A DNA stretch of 64,000 bases from Felis catus (Eukaryota). Under the pieces are notes generated by a model. The model did no database searches and was not told where the DNA came from. It saw only the letters and a program-made list of their open reading frames with translations. The translations under genes and the position numbers were made by a program. The stretch spans positions 134,168,001-134,232,000 of the forward strand of contig NC_058369.1 in assembly GCF_018350175.1 (NCBI RefSeq). Direction: 5' to 3'. Of this stretch, positions 1 to 11,222 are shown in pieces (within the stretch, counting starts at the first letter, position 1; each line of letters starts with the position of its first letter).

Positions 1-127
1 AAAGGAGCACATGCACCTCCATGTTTACAGCACCACTATTGACAGTGGCCAAAGTATGGAAAGAGTCCAAATATCCTCTGACTGATGAATGGATAAAGAA
101 GAAATAGCACGCACGTGCACACATACG

Positions 128-174
<47 letters not shown>

Positions 175-625
175 GAATATTACTAGGTCATCAAAAATAA
201 TGATATCTTGCCATTTGCAACAACATGAATGGAACTAGAGTGTATTATGCTAAGCAAAATAAGTCAATCAGAGAAAGACAAATATCATATGGTTTCACCC
301 ATATGTGGAATGTAAGACAAACAGATGAACATAAGGGAAGGCAAGCAAAAAGAATATAAAAACAGAGAGGGAGACAAACCATAAGAGATTCTTAAATATA
401 AAGAACAAACTCAGGGTTGCTGGTGGGGTGTTGGGTGGGAGGAAGGGCTAAGACGGTGAGCGGCATTAAGGAGGGCACTTGTTGGGATGAGCACTGGGTG
501 TTATATGTAAGTGATGAATCACTAAATCCTATTCCTGAAATTATTATTACACTATATGTTAACTAACTTGGATTTAAATTTAAAAAATAAAAAATAAATA
601 AAAAGAATGCTCAGTGAAAAAAAAA
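1..625 (+). mobile_element. LINE-1 3' end (ORF2 C-terminus, 3'UTR, A-rich tail), carnivore type
   Basis: Typical L1 3' sequence (gatgaatggataaagaag, ccatttgcaacaacatgaatggaactagagtgtattatgctaag, agagaaagacaaatatcatatg) ending in an A-rich tail at about 582-625. Confidence 0.9.
115..172. repeat. (CG)n(CA)n microsatellite inside the L1 3' end
   Basis: cgcgcgcgcg followed by about 18 CA units. Confidence 0.95.
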
Positions 626-739
626 GTAATTGTAAGAAGGGTCATTTCCACTTCTATGCCTTAACTCTCAGACCCATACATTCCACCTACTGGGCCTAAA
701 CTAGCATTGGCTTCTGGTTTAAGGCATACATCTCATCCT

Positions 740-2295
740 GTAAGAATATTCACCCTCCTCTCACAAGGTGTTTTCTCATTGTTTGCACTATAACTGAGGT
801 TTTAGCAGGTCATTTAACTGGTCAAGAAAGCTGCTTCTAGATAAGACATGTGGTAAACACTGGTGAATTCTGGAATTGTGGGACCACTGTCAGGAAATGT
901 GGCCCTAGTCAGACAAAACATGTGGAAGAAAATTACAGTTGATAGGTCATTCTACAAATCCATCAATGGGGCTACTAGTGGAAGCATTGCACGCACTGAA
1001 AGCAAGTTGCTATCCAGAATAAGTTGGACACTCAGCAGTAGCAAGACCCAAATCAGCCTTAGCAGAAAACCCATGCAGAGCCCCTATCCCTGATGATATA
1101 GTCATTTTAGTCATTTTATACATGATACACTGAGCAAGCACGGAGTGTCCGAAGTAAGATAAATATTATCTATGGGGTAGGTTGTGATGAAGTTTTGGAG
1201 TGATGGTAGGGTGGTCCAGAGCCAACAACCAAGAAAGAATTCTTGAAGACGTCTCTGGTGCAAAAAGGTGGTTTTATTACAGCATGGAAACGGGACCTGT
1301 GGGCAGAAAGAACTGCACTGGGGTAGTGATGGGTAACTCATTATATACCCTCAGGTTGGGAGGGGGTCAGGGATAGAGTAAGTCGCTAAGGAGTATTGGA
1401 AGCAAGGTTTCCAGGACTTTGCGGGGTTAGCTGTTGCTAGGGAAATGGCACTTATTACCATTTAATAAAACCTCAGTCATGATACCCTTCAGATGTATAT
1501 GGGGGGCCATAAGGGTGGAGTATGATTCCCAGCATATACCTTGGGGCAGTTGAGATAAAGGAAGTAGACTTACAGGATCCTCGAGTTTGGGATAATGTTA
1601 AGCTAAGATTCTCTTTTGCCCCTAGCGAAGTGTCATCATCTAAGCAGCTGAGCTCTTAAAGGCAGGTCACTCTGCAGGTTTCAAAGACTTGTCAATGGGC
1701 TATAGGCAGTAAGGGAATTTAATTATTCATTTGCCTTAGTTTCCCACATTCCATGGCAATCACTTAAACCCCTTTCCTTCATTCTTGGGTAACCAGGAAT
1801 GTCTGAGCAATATCACACATAGTTCCATGTGGGGGTGAAGAGGGGGCAGTGCCAGCCTGTATTTTGCCCTCAGCTTGCCCTACACTCCCTCATCAGGTCA
1901 CCTTTCCTAACAAATTACTGACAGCCTGTTCTGCAACACCGAGCATTACACAAAATATTGTCCTACTCCCTACCTTTCAGAATTGTCATCCCACATACCT
2001 GTCCCTCATTTGCTTTTTTTTAATTGTTCAGTATTTCATTGAAAAATTTTCCAGTCCCTGATAAGCCAAGTAAGTTGTTAGGCACTACCAACACTATCAG
2101 TGTAGATCTGCTTCTCAAGTCATCTCTTTTCACACATACAGTGGACAACGAGATGGATATACTAGCATGTTTTCTTTTCACTTTGAATAGGACTACAATA
2201 CAATATCCACCCATTTCCTTCCATTTTTCTTGCTCTGGAAAATGGTGTCCCTGTGCATCAAAACAAGAGAGGCCATCCAATACCGGTCACCAGTG
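740..2295 (-). mobile_element. ERVL-type internal remnant (RNase H-integrase), interrupted by a solo LTR at 1185-1895
   Basis: Minus-strand translation gives TYSG*QLAFSACNASTSSPIDGFVE (about 945-1025), matching recalled ERVL integrase TYSGYGFAFPA.NAS..TI.GL.E. It also gives HLVVHCMCEKR..QIYTDS (about 2095-2160), matching ERVL RNase H VHLVVHFAWKEK..IYTDS. Many stops and frameshifts. Confidence 0.75.
1185..1895 (-). mobile_element. Solo LTR (carnivore ERV LTR), 711 bp
   Basis: Inverted termini TGATGA...TCATCA. Flanks ggttg (1180-1184) and ggtca (1896-1900) form a decayed TSD. Minus-strand TATA-like (about 1341-1348) and AATAAA (about 1273-1278) are in LTR order. Confidence 0.85.
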
Positions 2296-2384
2296 ATTAA
2301 TATAACAAATAAAGTGTTAAAACTAGAATATTCTAAGCCTGTCATGGAATTTTGTTTTCCTTGCCGGAGTAAGTAATGAAATTT

Positions 2385-2690
2385 TAATTAATGAGACTGA
2401 AGAGAATTATGTTTAGGGACTGCTGGATATGAGCCCTTCTCCTAAAAAGTTATGTGTAAAAAGAACAGGCCTATTTTGCCCAAATATTGTTGTGTACATG
2501 TGACATGTGAATCTAAAGCAAATATCTCAGGAAAATGAAGGACAGTAGCTTAAGAACAGAAGCTAACAAACTGATGGTGGCACGAAGGAAAGATAGAAAG
2601 AATGTGGTTTCTAGATTATATTGTTGAGCCACTAAGTTAACCATCCTTGGAACTGCTCTGCCGGTGGGCTTCTTGTTTGCAAGATAATGG
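2385..2690 (+). mobile_element. Old MaLR MLT1 (J/K-like) LTR fragment
   Basis: Motifs such as gaaagatagaaagaatgtggtttctagattatattgttgagccact and ccttggaactgctctgcc resemble old MLT1 LTRs. Confidence 0.55.
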
Positions 2691-3024
2691 ATTCAAAAAT
2701 ACGCAAGTGACTAAATGAAAGAGGTAGGGCAAAGGCACCTTTCTAATCTAGAAGTGTGAGAACCTTGAAGAGGCAGGGAAAGGGAAGATAATTAGAACAT
2801 ATAATTAATAAAATTGGAGCCTATTATTGAGTTGTTTTCTAAAAGATAAGAGAGTGAATGAAGCTGGGATAAATGTAGGATTACAGGTGGTTCTTTCCAC
2901 CCAAGTATATTTTTTAAGCTCTCATGTAAAGGCCATCAGTCCTGAGAATCATGAGGTTGAGCAAAACACCAAATCTAAACAACAATATTGTCTAAAGAGT
3001 GACTTTATAGCCCCTTTGCTATCA

Positions 3025-3148
3025 CCGCAACGTTGGCATCATCCGAGTTTACTAGAATTACAGAATCTCATGTTCCACCTAGTTCAACTTAATCAGAATC
3101 TTGCATTTTAATAAGTGATTCATAAGCACATTAAATTCTGAGAAACAT
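3025..3148. mobile_element. MER5-type hAT/Charlie MITE fragment
   Basis: aatcagaatcttgcattttaataagtgattcataagcacattaaattctgagaaaca resembles the MER5A/B end. Confidence 0.6.
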
Positions 3149-4194
3149 TTTTTAAGACAAAATTTTGGATGCAGTTATTAGCACATGGAATTGACAAGAA
3201 AAAATGGACTGAAAGCTTATTAAGTTCTTAAGGAAAATGTATTTCCATTGGGTTTTCTATTACTTGCTGCTAAATGTAAATTCATTGATACAGAAGGGAT
3301 AGATTTTGAATGGAAGATCTTAAACTTATTTATAACCTCTTTTCTGTTAGTATAGTAAATATATTTGGATTATAAAGCATGAAAACTAAGGAGCATTAGC
3401 ATTTAAATTCTGAGCATCTTAATTCTGTAAGATGAGGAAACAAATGTAGAGGCTTCAGAACGTACAATGTTTAAATAACTGCTTAAGAAGACAATAAAGT
3501 AAATATCACATGAAAGAGGACATGATTAACAAATGAAAGCAAATCAGTATCATAGCCAGGCACTATCCATGTACGGGGAATAAAAATATGAATGGCTTAA
3601 TCCCTGCCTGAAGAAAACAGAGTCTAAATCAACTGTAAGCCAGGTGTCAGATCTAAATGAGTAGGACCAAACAAAGAATATACTTTTGACAGCCTGTGGC
3701 ATGCATCTCACCAAACCATAAGTAGAAGCCTCATAGTGGGCTTTTTTTTTTTTTTTAACTTTTTTGGTATACATTCCCCTTCTGCTGACAGCACAACAAA
3801 TTTCCTTTGAGGTTCCAGCTCTCTCCCATTCTCCATGGACATAGTTCAAGTTAAGCTATACCATCATTCCAGGGTAAGTATGAGATACAGACCCGGGCAA
3901 ACAGAGCATTTTAATAGACTATACTACTGTTTGGAGCCATCATCTTAACCCTAGTCCCAACTCTAGCATGAAGAGTACATATGCCTTTTGTTATAGTACT
4001 TGAAGTGTTGCCCTGGAGGTCAAATATACTGGAGGAGAAGAAAACACTATCTAGAGTTTAAGTCTGGGAAACCAGAAAAAAATGATTCCATTTGTAGTGA
4101 TAGAAATGTCAGTGAGTGAAGAGCATTTGGGAAGGAAGATGAAGAATTCAATTTTAGATAATGAGATTTAATTTAAAATAATACTTATTATTTC

Positions 4195-4740
4195 TTTTTT
4201 ATTATAAAAGTAATGCCTGGCTTTGTAGATAATTTTGAATACAGGGAAAAACGGAAGGAAGACATTTAAAATAACCCTGTTAACATTCTGATATATTTCC
4301 TTCCAAGTTTTCCTCCCCCCCCCACACACGTAAGTATATAAAACCAAAGTGGGATTATAATTTATACATATTCTTACGTCCTACTATTTTCATTTAACAT
4401 ACACGTGAGTATTCCAATGTTAAAAAAAAAACTTGAATATAGGATTTATGATGTCAACATACACATACATGTATTTTAAAATTAATTTAACTCTTCACTT
4501 ATTGACAGATTTCTTACTACTTTTACAATTACAAATGTAACTACAATAAGAACATTTATATTGAAATCTGGATATGCCTCTAATATTTCTTAGGAGAAAA
4601 GTCTAGAAATGGAATTATCAAGCCACATAATATGAAGTACTCTAAGGCAATGTAGAGATACACAGTGATTTCTCAAGAAAGTCTTTCAGATAAAATGTCA
4701 GGAAGAATATAGATATGTAACTCTTCACCCTCACGCCAAA
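4195..4740 (-). mobile_element. Ancient L1ME-like 3' fragment
   Basis: Antisense L1ME 3' motifs (ttaacattctgatatatttccttcca, ctagaaatggaattatcaagccacata). Confidence 0.55.
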
Positions 4741-5359
4741 TATTTCACAAAAATGACATATTATACACAGACCTACATGTGTGTATGTATCAAATTATTA
4801 AGGAAAACTGTGCGACACCATCCTGTAGTCTCTGCATACTGTATAAGGGTAAGCTCAGCCTAATTAGTTTTCTTCCTACGTGGTCCTTGTAAGCAAAAGG
4901 CCGGCACAGAGGAGTTTTGTATTGCACCAAGTGACAAAACAGAAATAGTGCTCAATATATGTAGAGGAAATGCAGGCAGAAAGGGGAGCACGGCTTTGAA
5001 GACGCAAAGTAATTTTTCTCTGCGGGGGGGGGGGGGGGGAGGAGGAACAAAAGATATATATATCTATTCTTAAAAACTAGAAGATTAGTATTCTTAATGC
5101 TCAACAGGGTATTGCATCTATAAAACTATAGCACTTATTACAAAAAAGAAAGAACCCAAGTTTTGTGAAGACAAAATAGAGATTTTAAAACACAAGACCA
5201 CAATCTGTTCAGTTAAAAAGTACAATGGACGGATTAAGCCTCATTTTAGATACAGGAGAAAATCAAATTAACGCAATAAAAAAACAACAAAAACAACAAA
5301 CCCAAGACAGCAATTCAGACGGGTAAAGATGTAAACACGAAGACAGTAAGTATCAGGAG

Positions 5360-5715
5360 GGCCTCACCAAGCGCTTCGCGTGCAGCCACTACTGGGATTC
5401 TTCAGCTGCTGCGGAACCTGTGCCCAAAGCATGCTGGGATGGTGGAGGGCGGGGCCTGGCTCCACCCGGGCCTCGCTCCACCCGGGCTTCGCTCACGGCC
5501 TGCGGCTTGAGGCAAGGAGCTCCGCTGCTTGTCCGTGTGGCTGCCGTCTGCTGGGACCAGGTGGGAAAGCTTGGAGGCAGCAGTGTGTTGTGAAGCTCAA
5601 GTTACCTGGAAACAAGAAGTTGATCGTGGCCACGTAAAAGAATGACATTGTACAATTAAGTTCTCGGACTGGGGAGATTTTGTGGCCTGACGTTGACACG
5701 TCGACGAGAGCGCAG
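5360..5715. promoter_or_regulatory. Small CpG island / promoter-like segment with a GC box (5447-5456) and a ZNF143-like motif (5429-5447)
   Basis: About 22 CpGs counted by eye in about 345 bp, in a CpG-depleted window. Contains gggcggggcc (Sp1) and gcatgctgggatggtggag, which resembles the ZNF143/SBS motif GCATGCTGGGA...GTAGT. Confidence 0.6.
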
Positions 5716-5955
5716 CAAAAAAGGCTGGGGATGCCATGCTCCTCCACAGACAGGATGCAATCACTGTGTCCATGGAGGCTGAATCATGCATTCCTGGAAG
5801 ACTAGTATCCGGGACCTGAACCGAGAAATCACTTGGAAAAGTGGCAGTTACCAGGCACTTAGGCTTGTAGGCCTGCAGGAGCCCATGAAGTACTTTGTCT
5901 TTTCTGAAGAAAACCACTCCCACCCTCCACTTTGTCTCCAGGGGGCACCTAAAGT
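5495..5955 (+). pseudogene. EMC1: Processed pseudogene of the 5' part of EMC1 (ER membrane protein complex subunit 1, about aa 1-162)
   Basis: Piecewise translation PLLVRVAAVCWDQVGK / WRQQCVVKLK / [26 protein letters not shown] / HVDESAAK / DAMLLHRQDAITVS / [39 protein letters not shown] / LKKTTPTLH / SRGHLK is colinear with recalled human EMC1 [142 protein letters not shown]. No introns. The start codon appears as ACG (5495), with stops at 5635 and 5780 and several frameshifts. Confidence 0.93.
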
Positions 5956-6090
5956 AAAAAATAGAAAAGGAAGGAAGAGAAAAAAAGATGGAAAGAAAGA
6001 TTGAAAGAGATAGAAAGAAAGAAAAGAGAAGGAAAGAAAGAGAAAGAAACAGAAAAGGAAAGGAAAGAATGGGTGAAGGGAGGGAGATGG
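5956..6090 (+). repeat. A/GA-rich low-complexity tract, probably the decayed poly(A) tail of the retrocopy
   Basis: aaaaaatagaaaaggaagg...(gaaa)n starts immediately after the last EMC1-like codon. Confidence 0.75.
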
Positions 6091-6204
6091 CTAATAAAAA
6101 TACTAGAGTCACAGAAAACAGATCTAGATGATTCAATATTTATATAATAGGAATCTTAGATACAAACAAACCAACAGACTCTGGGAACCAGGGAAACATT
6201 TATC

Positions 6205-6590
6205 AAACATGGCAGTTAAATGCATGGCTGGATTGGATATTGGATTAGGAAAAAAGTTACAAAGGACATTTTTGTAAAATCACCATTTGAACTAAATACT
6301 GGATAATAATGTATCAATGTTAAATTTTATTTGATAATTGTGTTTTGGGGATGTAAGAATTCCTTATTCTTAGAGACACATATAGACATATTTGGGAGTG
6401 AAAAGTCATGATGTCTGTAACTTTCAAATGGTTAGGCAAAAAATAAACAATAGAGAGAGAATGTGCCCACACATGTGCCAATATGTCAATTGATTAACTT
6501 AGATGAAAGATATAAGGTTGTTTATTGTAATACTCTTGCAACTTTTCTGTACGTTAAAAATTTTTTAAAAACATGAAAAAATTTCAAAGA
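6205..6590 (+). mobile_element. L1MC-like 3'UTR fragment
   Basis: tgtatcaatgttaaattt, catgatgtctgtaactttcaaatggtt and actcttgcaacttttctgta are L1MC4/5-type 3' motifs. Confidence 0.7.
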
Positions 6591-7234
6591 TAATACTGGG
6601 ATGCTAAGGAAAAGTGTAACCCTAAAAGATATGGAAAAAAATTCTGTAGACTTTTAGGAAGAAAACAAAAGCAATTCATAGAGATCAGCATCTACACTAC
6701 ATAAGCAGAAAAAAAAAATGGAGCAAGTTCTAAAAATGCCAAAAACATAGAAACTAAGAATATATAATTCTTCCTCAGATGGAATTGGAAGTCTGTTTCC
6801 AGCCAACTGAAAAATAATACAAAACCAAGTTTGAGAGAATCAACATATAGGGGAAAATAATTTTAAAAGAAATCATTATATAAAATATTGTCTAAAAACC
6901 TATTGGTCAGGTCTGACTTTCTAATTGAGCTTAGTTTACTATAATTAATATTTCCTAAAAACTACCTCTCCTTCCTTTTTTTTTTTTCCACTTAGAATCC
7001 ACATCTGGTGTTATATCCCTCAAAACATTCTCATTTTTTGTATTTGGGTTTTACCTCTTTATTAGATTTGTGAAAGACTGCTTAATTCTTGGCTTTCTCA
7101 AATATTCCTATCTGTAGTATTTGTTGAATAAATGGGGATCATGGACACCATTATCTTTTTCTGAACATCAAACATAATTTTGCAACATTGGAACATTGAG
7201 TACAGTGTTATATAAAGTTTTCACTAAGAGCTTT

Positions 7235-9470
7235 TGCTTATTTAGTTATTGGGGCTCTTTCTCTGTGAAATGAATGTTCAAGTCTACTGCTCCCTTTTCT
7301 ATTGAACTGTTTATTTTATTCATATTAATTTATAAGAATTTTATGAATATTCTGGATACTAATCATTTCTCAGTCATATAGATTGGAAATATATTCTCCT
7401 TGTTTGTAGCTTATCTTTTTACTCTCTTCATTGTATAGTCTGATGAAAATAACTAGAATTTTAATGTAGTTCGATATCATTTTTTCTTTCATGGTTCATG
7501 CTTTTTACATCTTGCTTCCATATCCCAAGATCATCAGTTATTTTGCCCTATTGCCATAATTTTTATAGATTTGTCACCTATACTTTATTATTTAATTTGC
7601 TTGAAATTTATTTGCATATATCAGTGAGGTAATGGTCAAATTTTATTCTTTCCAAGTGAATAAACCAATTGTCACAGAATCATTTTTGAAAACTCCTCCT
7701 TTTGCCATTGATCTGAAAGGTCATTCTGGAATATTGGAACATTAGAATATAGTGTTTAACATTAAGTGTGATGTTTGCTGTAGGTAATCTACCAGGAATT
7801 CTTTATCAGGGCAAGGAAATTCCCTTTTATGTCCAGGTTGCAACAGATTTCTCTTGTGAAAGTATTTATCAAATACTTATTTCATATGGCTTGAGGTTAA
7901 CATATGGCTTCCTTCTTTTTAACTTTTAATGTGATATATTACAAAAATTAATTTTTTTAAATATTAAAGCAACCATCCGTTGCTTGGACAAACTCAACTT
8001 TGTCTTTCCCCATCTCTGTCTCTTTTTTTTTCTCTCTGTCTCTTTCTACCCTTCTTCCCTTCCTCCCCTCCTCCCTTCCTCCTGCTGTTTGGTTACACTT
8101 GAGTTCAATGCCTAATATTTTCTTTAGGAGTTTTGCATATATGTTTATGTGAAACTCAGCTTATAATTTTCTTTCTCATCTTTATTGAGCTTTGCTATAA
8201 AGATTAAGTCAGTCTTTTAAAATGAATTAGGAAATAAACTATTTTTGTAATACTCTTGGAAAAGGTATAAACTTACTAAATCAATTCATTGTATATTTTG
8301 GAAGAGCTTATTAGTAAAATCGTCTAGGCTAAAGTTTTGTTTGCGGAACGATTTTAAACTACAGGTTTAATCCTGATAAAGGCTATATAAAACTTTTCAC
8401 ATATCCATTTGTATCTGTTCTCATATACACTTTCACCATTTACTTTGGTGAGTTATATTCGTATAGAAATTTGTCCTTTACGTTTTCAAGTTTTCTTATC
8501 ATGAAGATGTTTTTACTATTTTATCATTTTATCACCCTATATTTTGTAAGTATGTCCCTTTTTACATTTTTTAAATTACTAAAGTTGTTTTTGCTTTTTT
8601 TATCTAGAGATTTTCCTGGGGTTTGTGAATTTTATCAGGTTTTTTGTTTGTTCGTTTTGGAGGGGTTTGGGGAGGCAATAAAGGCTTGGTTGATCCTTTC
8701 TCTTTTTTTAGTGTTTATTATGTATTTTTGAGAGAGAGAGAGGCAGAGTGTGAGCTGGGAGGGGCAGAGAGAGACAGAGACACCGAATCTGAAGCAGGCT
8801 ACAGGCTCTGAACTATTAGCACAGAGCCCAAAGTGGGGCTCAAGCTCAGGAACCTAACTGTGAGATCATGACCAGAGCTGAAGTCAGATGCTTAACCTAC
8901 TGAGCCACCCAGGCACCCTTGGTTGATCCTTTCTATGTTTGTTTGGTTTTATTAATTTTTCTCCTATCTTTATTTTTTCCTTCTTAAGGTTTTTCTTCAT
9001 TTAGGTTTATTTTGCTTTTCCTTCTATAACTTAAGTAGATAATTTGCTCATTAATTTTCAGCCCTTCTTTTTTTTCTAATTTAAGCATTTGAAAGCTATG
9101 AATGTCCCTATAAATACTGCTTATTTGCATTCTATAAGCTTTGATGAGAGGTATTTTCTAAATATTTTCTAAGTTCCAGTATGATATTACCTTTGACCTA
9201 TGATTTATTTAGCTATGCAATTTTTAATTTCATAATATAATAATTTTTAATTTTATAACATAACAAATTGGAGCCATTAAGTTATCTTTTTCAGCACACA
9301 CAAAGCCAGTTTCCATGCTGTGCTTAACTTTCTAGTTTTCTAACTTCCCTCAGTTTTTGACCTGATATTTCTTTTCTTCATTGCCAGCTCACTAAAACAC
9401 CCAAGATCATTCTTCCAAATATTTTTTATCCAGTATTTTAGGTTGTTTTCAGAGAGATAGCCAATCAGAT
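7235..9470 (-). mobile_element. Ancient L1M ORF2 fragments (antisense) with a SINE inserted
   Basis: Antisense L1 ORF2 motifs (tattctggatactaatc, ttaagtgtgatgtttgctgtagg, aaggaaattccctt, taaaatgaattaggaa). Confidence 0.7.
8702..8918 (-). mobile_element. Can-SINE (SINEC_Fc-like)
   Basis: tRNA-derived head, CT tract and A tail. TSD ttggttgatcctttct at 8686-8701 and 8919-8934. Confidence 0.95.
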
Positions 9471-9786
9471 TATACATTTCTTATTTTGTGGTTGTAGATA
9501 CTTTAAAATTTTTAAATTATTTTTTGTGTAAGATGTGTGTTTTGTCATAAGGTATTGGCATAATTTGCTTAGTGCTATTGCTTATTGTAAGCTTATTGCT
9601 TATTGCTTATTGTATAACTTTTCCATGAAAGTAAGATATTTTAGTTTGAAGAAAATAAGAATTTTGTTTAAAATTCTCATTCTCTAGTTAATGATAGACA
9701 TTTTAGGATCAGTGTGTTTGATTGGTTATTCCAGTGACTTGTTAGCTTTAAACAAAAGGTCATCCATCGTAATAGAAAAATAAATG

Positions 9787-9950
9787 GGGGCACCTGGGTG
9801 GCTCAGTTGGTTCAGTGTCTGACTTCTGATTTTGGCTAAGGTCATAATCTCAGGGTTTGTGGGATTGAGCCCATGTCAGGCTCTGTACTGTGTTCTCTCT
9901 GCCTCTCTCTCAAAAAATAAATTAAAAAAAATTTTTAATTAAAAAAAAGA
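9787..9950 (+). mobile_element. Can-SINE, internally deleted, older type
   Basis: ggggcacctgggtggctcag head with a short body and A tail. Confidence 0.9.
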
Positions 9951-10185
9951 GGGGCGCCTGGGCGGCTTAGTTAGTTGAGTGTCAGACTTCGCTCAGGTCA
10001 TGATCTTGAGGTTTGTGGGTATGAGCCCTGTATTGGACCCTATGCTGACAGCTCAGAGCCTGGAGCCTGCTTTGGATTCTGTGTCTCCCTCTCTCTCTGT
10101 CCCTCCCCCACTCTCGATCTGTCAATCTCTCTTAAAAATAAAAATTAAATAAATAAATAAGTAAATAAAAATTTTAAAAAAGAAA
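9951..10185 (+). mobile_element. Can-SINE (SINEC_Fc-like) inserted in the tail of the preceding SINE
   Basis: ggggcgcctgggcggcttag head, gctcagagcctggagcctgc body, (taaa)n tail. Confidence 0.95.
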
Positions 10186-10738
10186 AATATCTACAAAAAA
10201 AATCAATTTAAATATAAAATCTGTATAAAGGAATATGTCTTAAAACTTCAGAAAATGGATTTTTAAAACTAGTCGGAATCATTTTAAGATCAATGGTATG
10301 CTTAATATTAAACAAGTCTCTTAAATATTCAAAAAATATGCAGAGAGCAAAATAGAAAATAATGAAATATTAATTTTTATTTCATTTAAAATTAGCATTC
10401 AGAAAAGTGACAAAATATTCATATTAATTACACTGATGTATGAGAGGAAATATTTTGAAAAGTTGATATTTTGATATTATGTAAGTCTATTTTATGATGT
10501 AATAAATTCCAACCTTACCAAATGGAAAATACAAAGTGAAACTGAATTGAATAGAGTGTCTAACCCACAAATGTAATGAGTAATACCTTATATTTCCAAA
10601 TTATAAGGATCAGGATCTTTAGGGTCAGAAGCACTTTTTATGACATAAAATATTCAAATAAGATTTAAAAAGATAGATAAAATAAGATTTAAAAAATCTT
10701 ACAGAGTTAACTGTAGAACTTTTACTGCAATAGGGTTT

Positions 10739-11222
10739 TGCAGCAGAATAATTGTGCCCCAAAGATACCTACATCCTAATATATGGAACCTATAACTATG
10801 TTAGGTTACATGACAAGGTGAATTGAGATTACAAATGGTATTAAGGCTGTTAATCAACTGACCTTTAATAAGAGAGATCTTCCTGGATGATCTGCGTGAA
10901 GCTATTATAATAACTGAAGTCTTAAAAACACAGAAGACAAAAATCTGAAAAGGGGCCAGAATGAGGGGAAGACCTGAAGATGTTAGGCTGCTGACTTTGA
11001 TGATGGAGAAAGGGGCCAGGAGGCAAGGAATGCTGGTAGCCTCTGGAATCTGGAAAGTGAAGAAAATGGATCTCTTCTATAGCCTCCAGCTGATATCTTC
11101 ATTTTAGCCCATTGGTAAACATTTCAGACTTCTGACCTTTGTAACTACATAACAATGAATTTTTATTTTTTAAACCACCAAATTATGATCAATTATTAAT
11201 GCAGCCATAGGAAACTGATATA
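10739..11222 (+). mobile_element. MaLR LTR (MLT1D-like)
   Basis: Starts tgcagcagaataattgtgccccaaagat, contains ttaatcaactgaccttt, ends gcagccataggaaactgatata. Confidence 0.8.

Larger units (their letters stand above)
5170..6165 (+). mobile_element. Ancient L1M ORF1 fragment (5170-5355 and 6090-6165) split by the EMC1 retrocopy
   Basis: aaaagtacaatggacggattaagc...ttagatacagg before the retrocopy and gaaaacagatctagatgattcaatatttatataataggaatc after it resemble consecutive parts of L1 ORF1. Confidence 0.55.

Noticed and set aside
5786-6004. 72-aa ORF that could be a functional EMC1-derived peptide
   Set aside because: It is an internal Met of a disabled copy, frameshifts out of EMC1 after about 37 codons, and runs into the A-rich tail.
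5597-6136. 179-aa minus-strand ORF with a hydrophobic N-terminus
   Set aside because: The N-terminus is the complement of the GA-rich tract and the rest is antisense to the EMC1 pseudogene. There is no independent coding signal.
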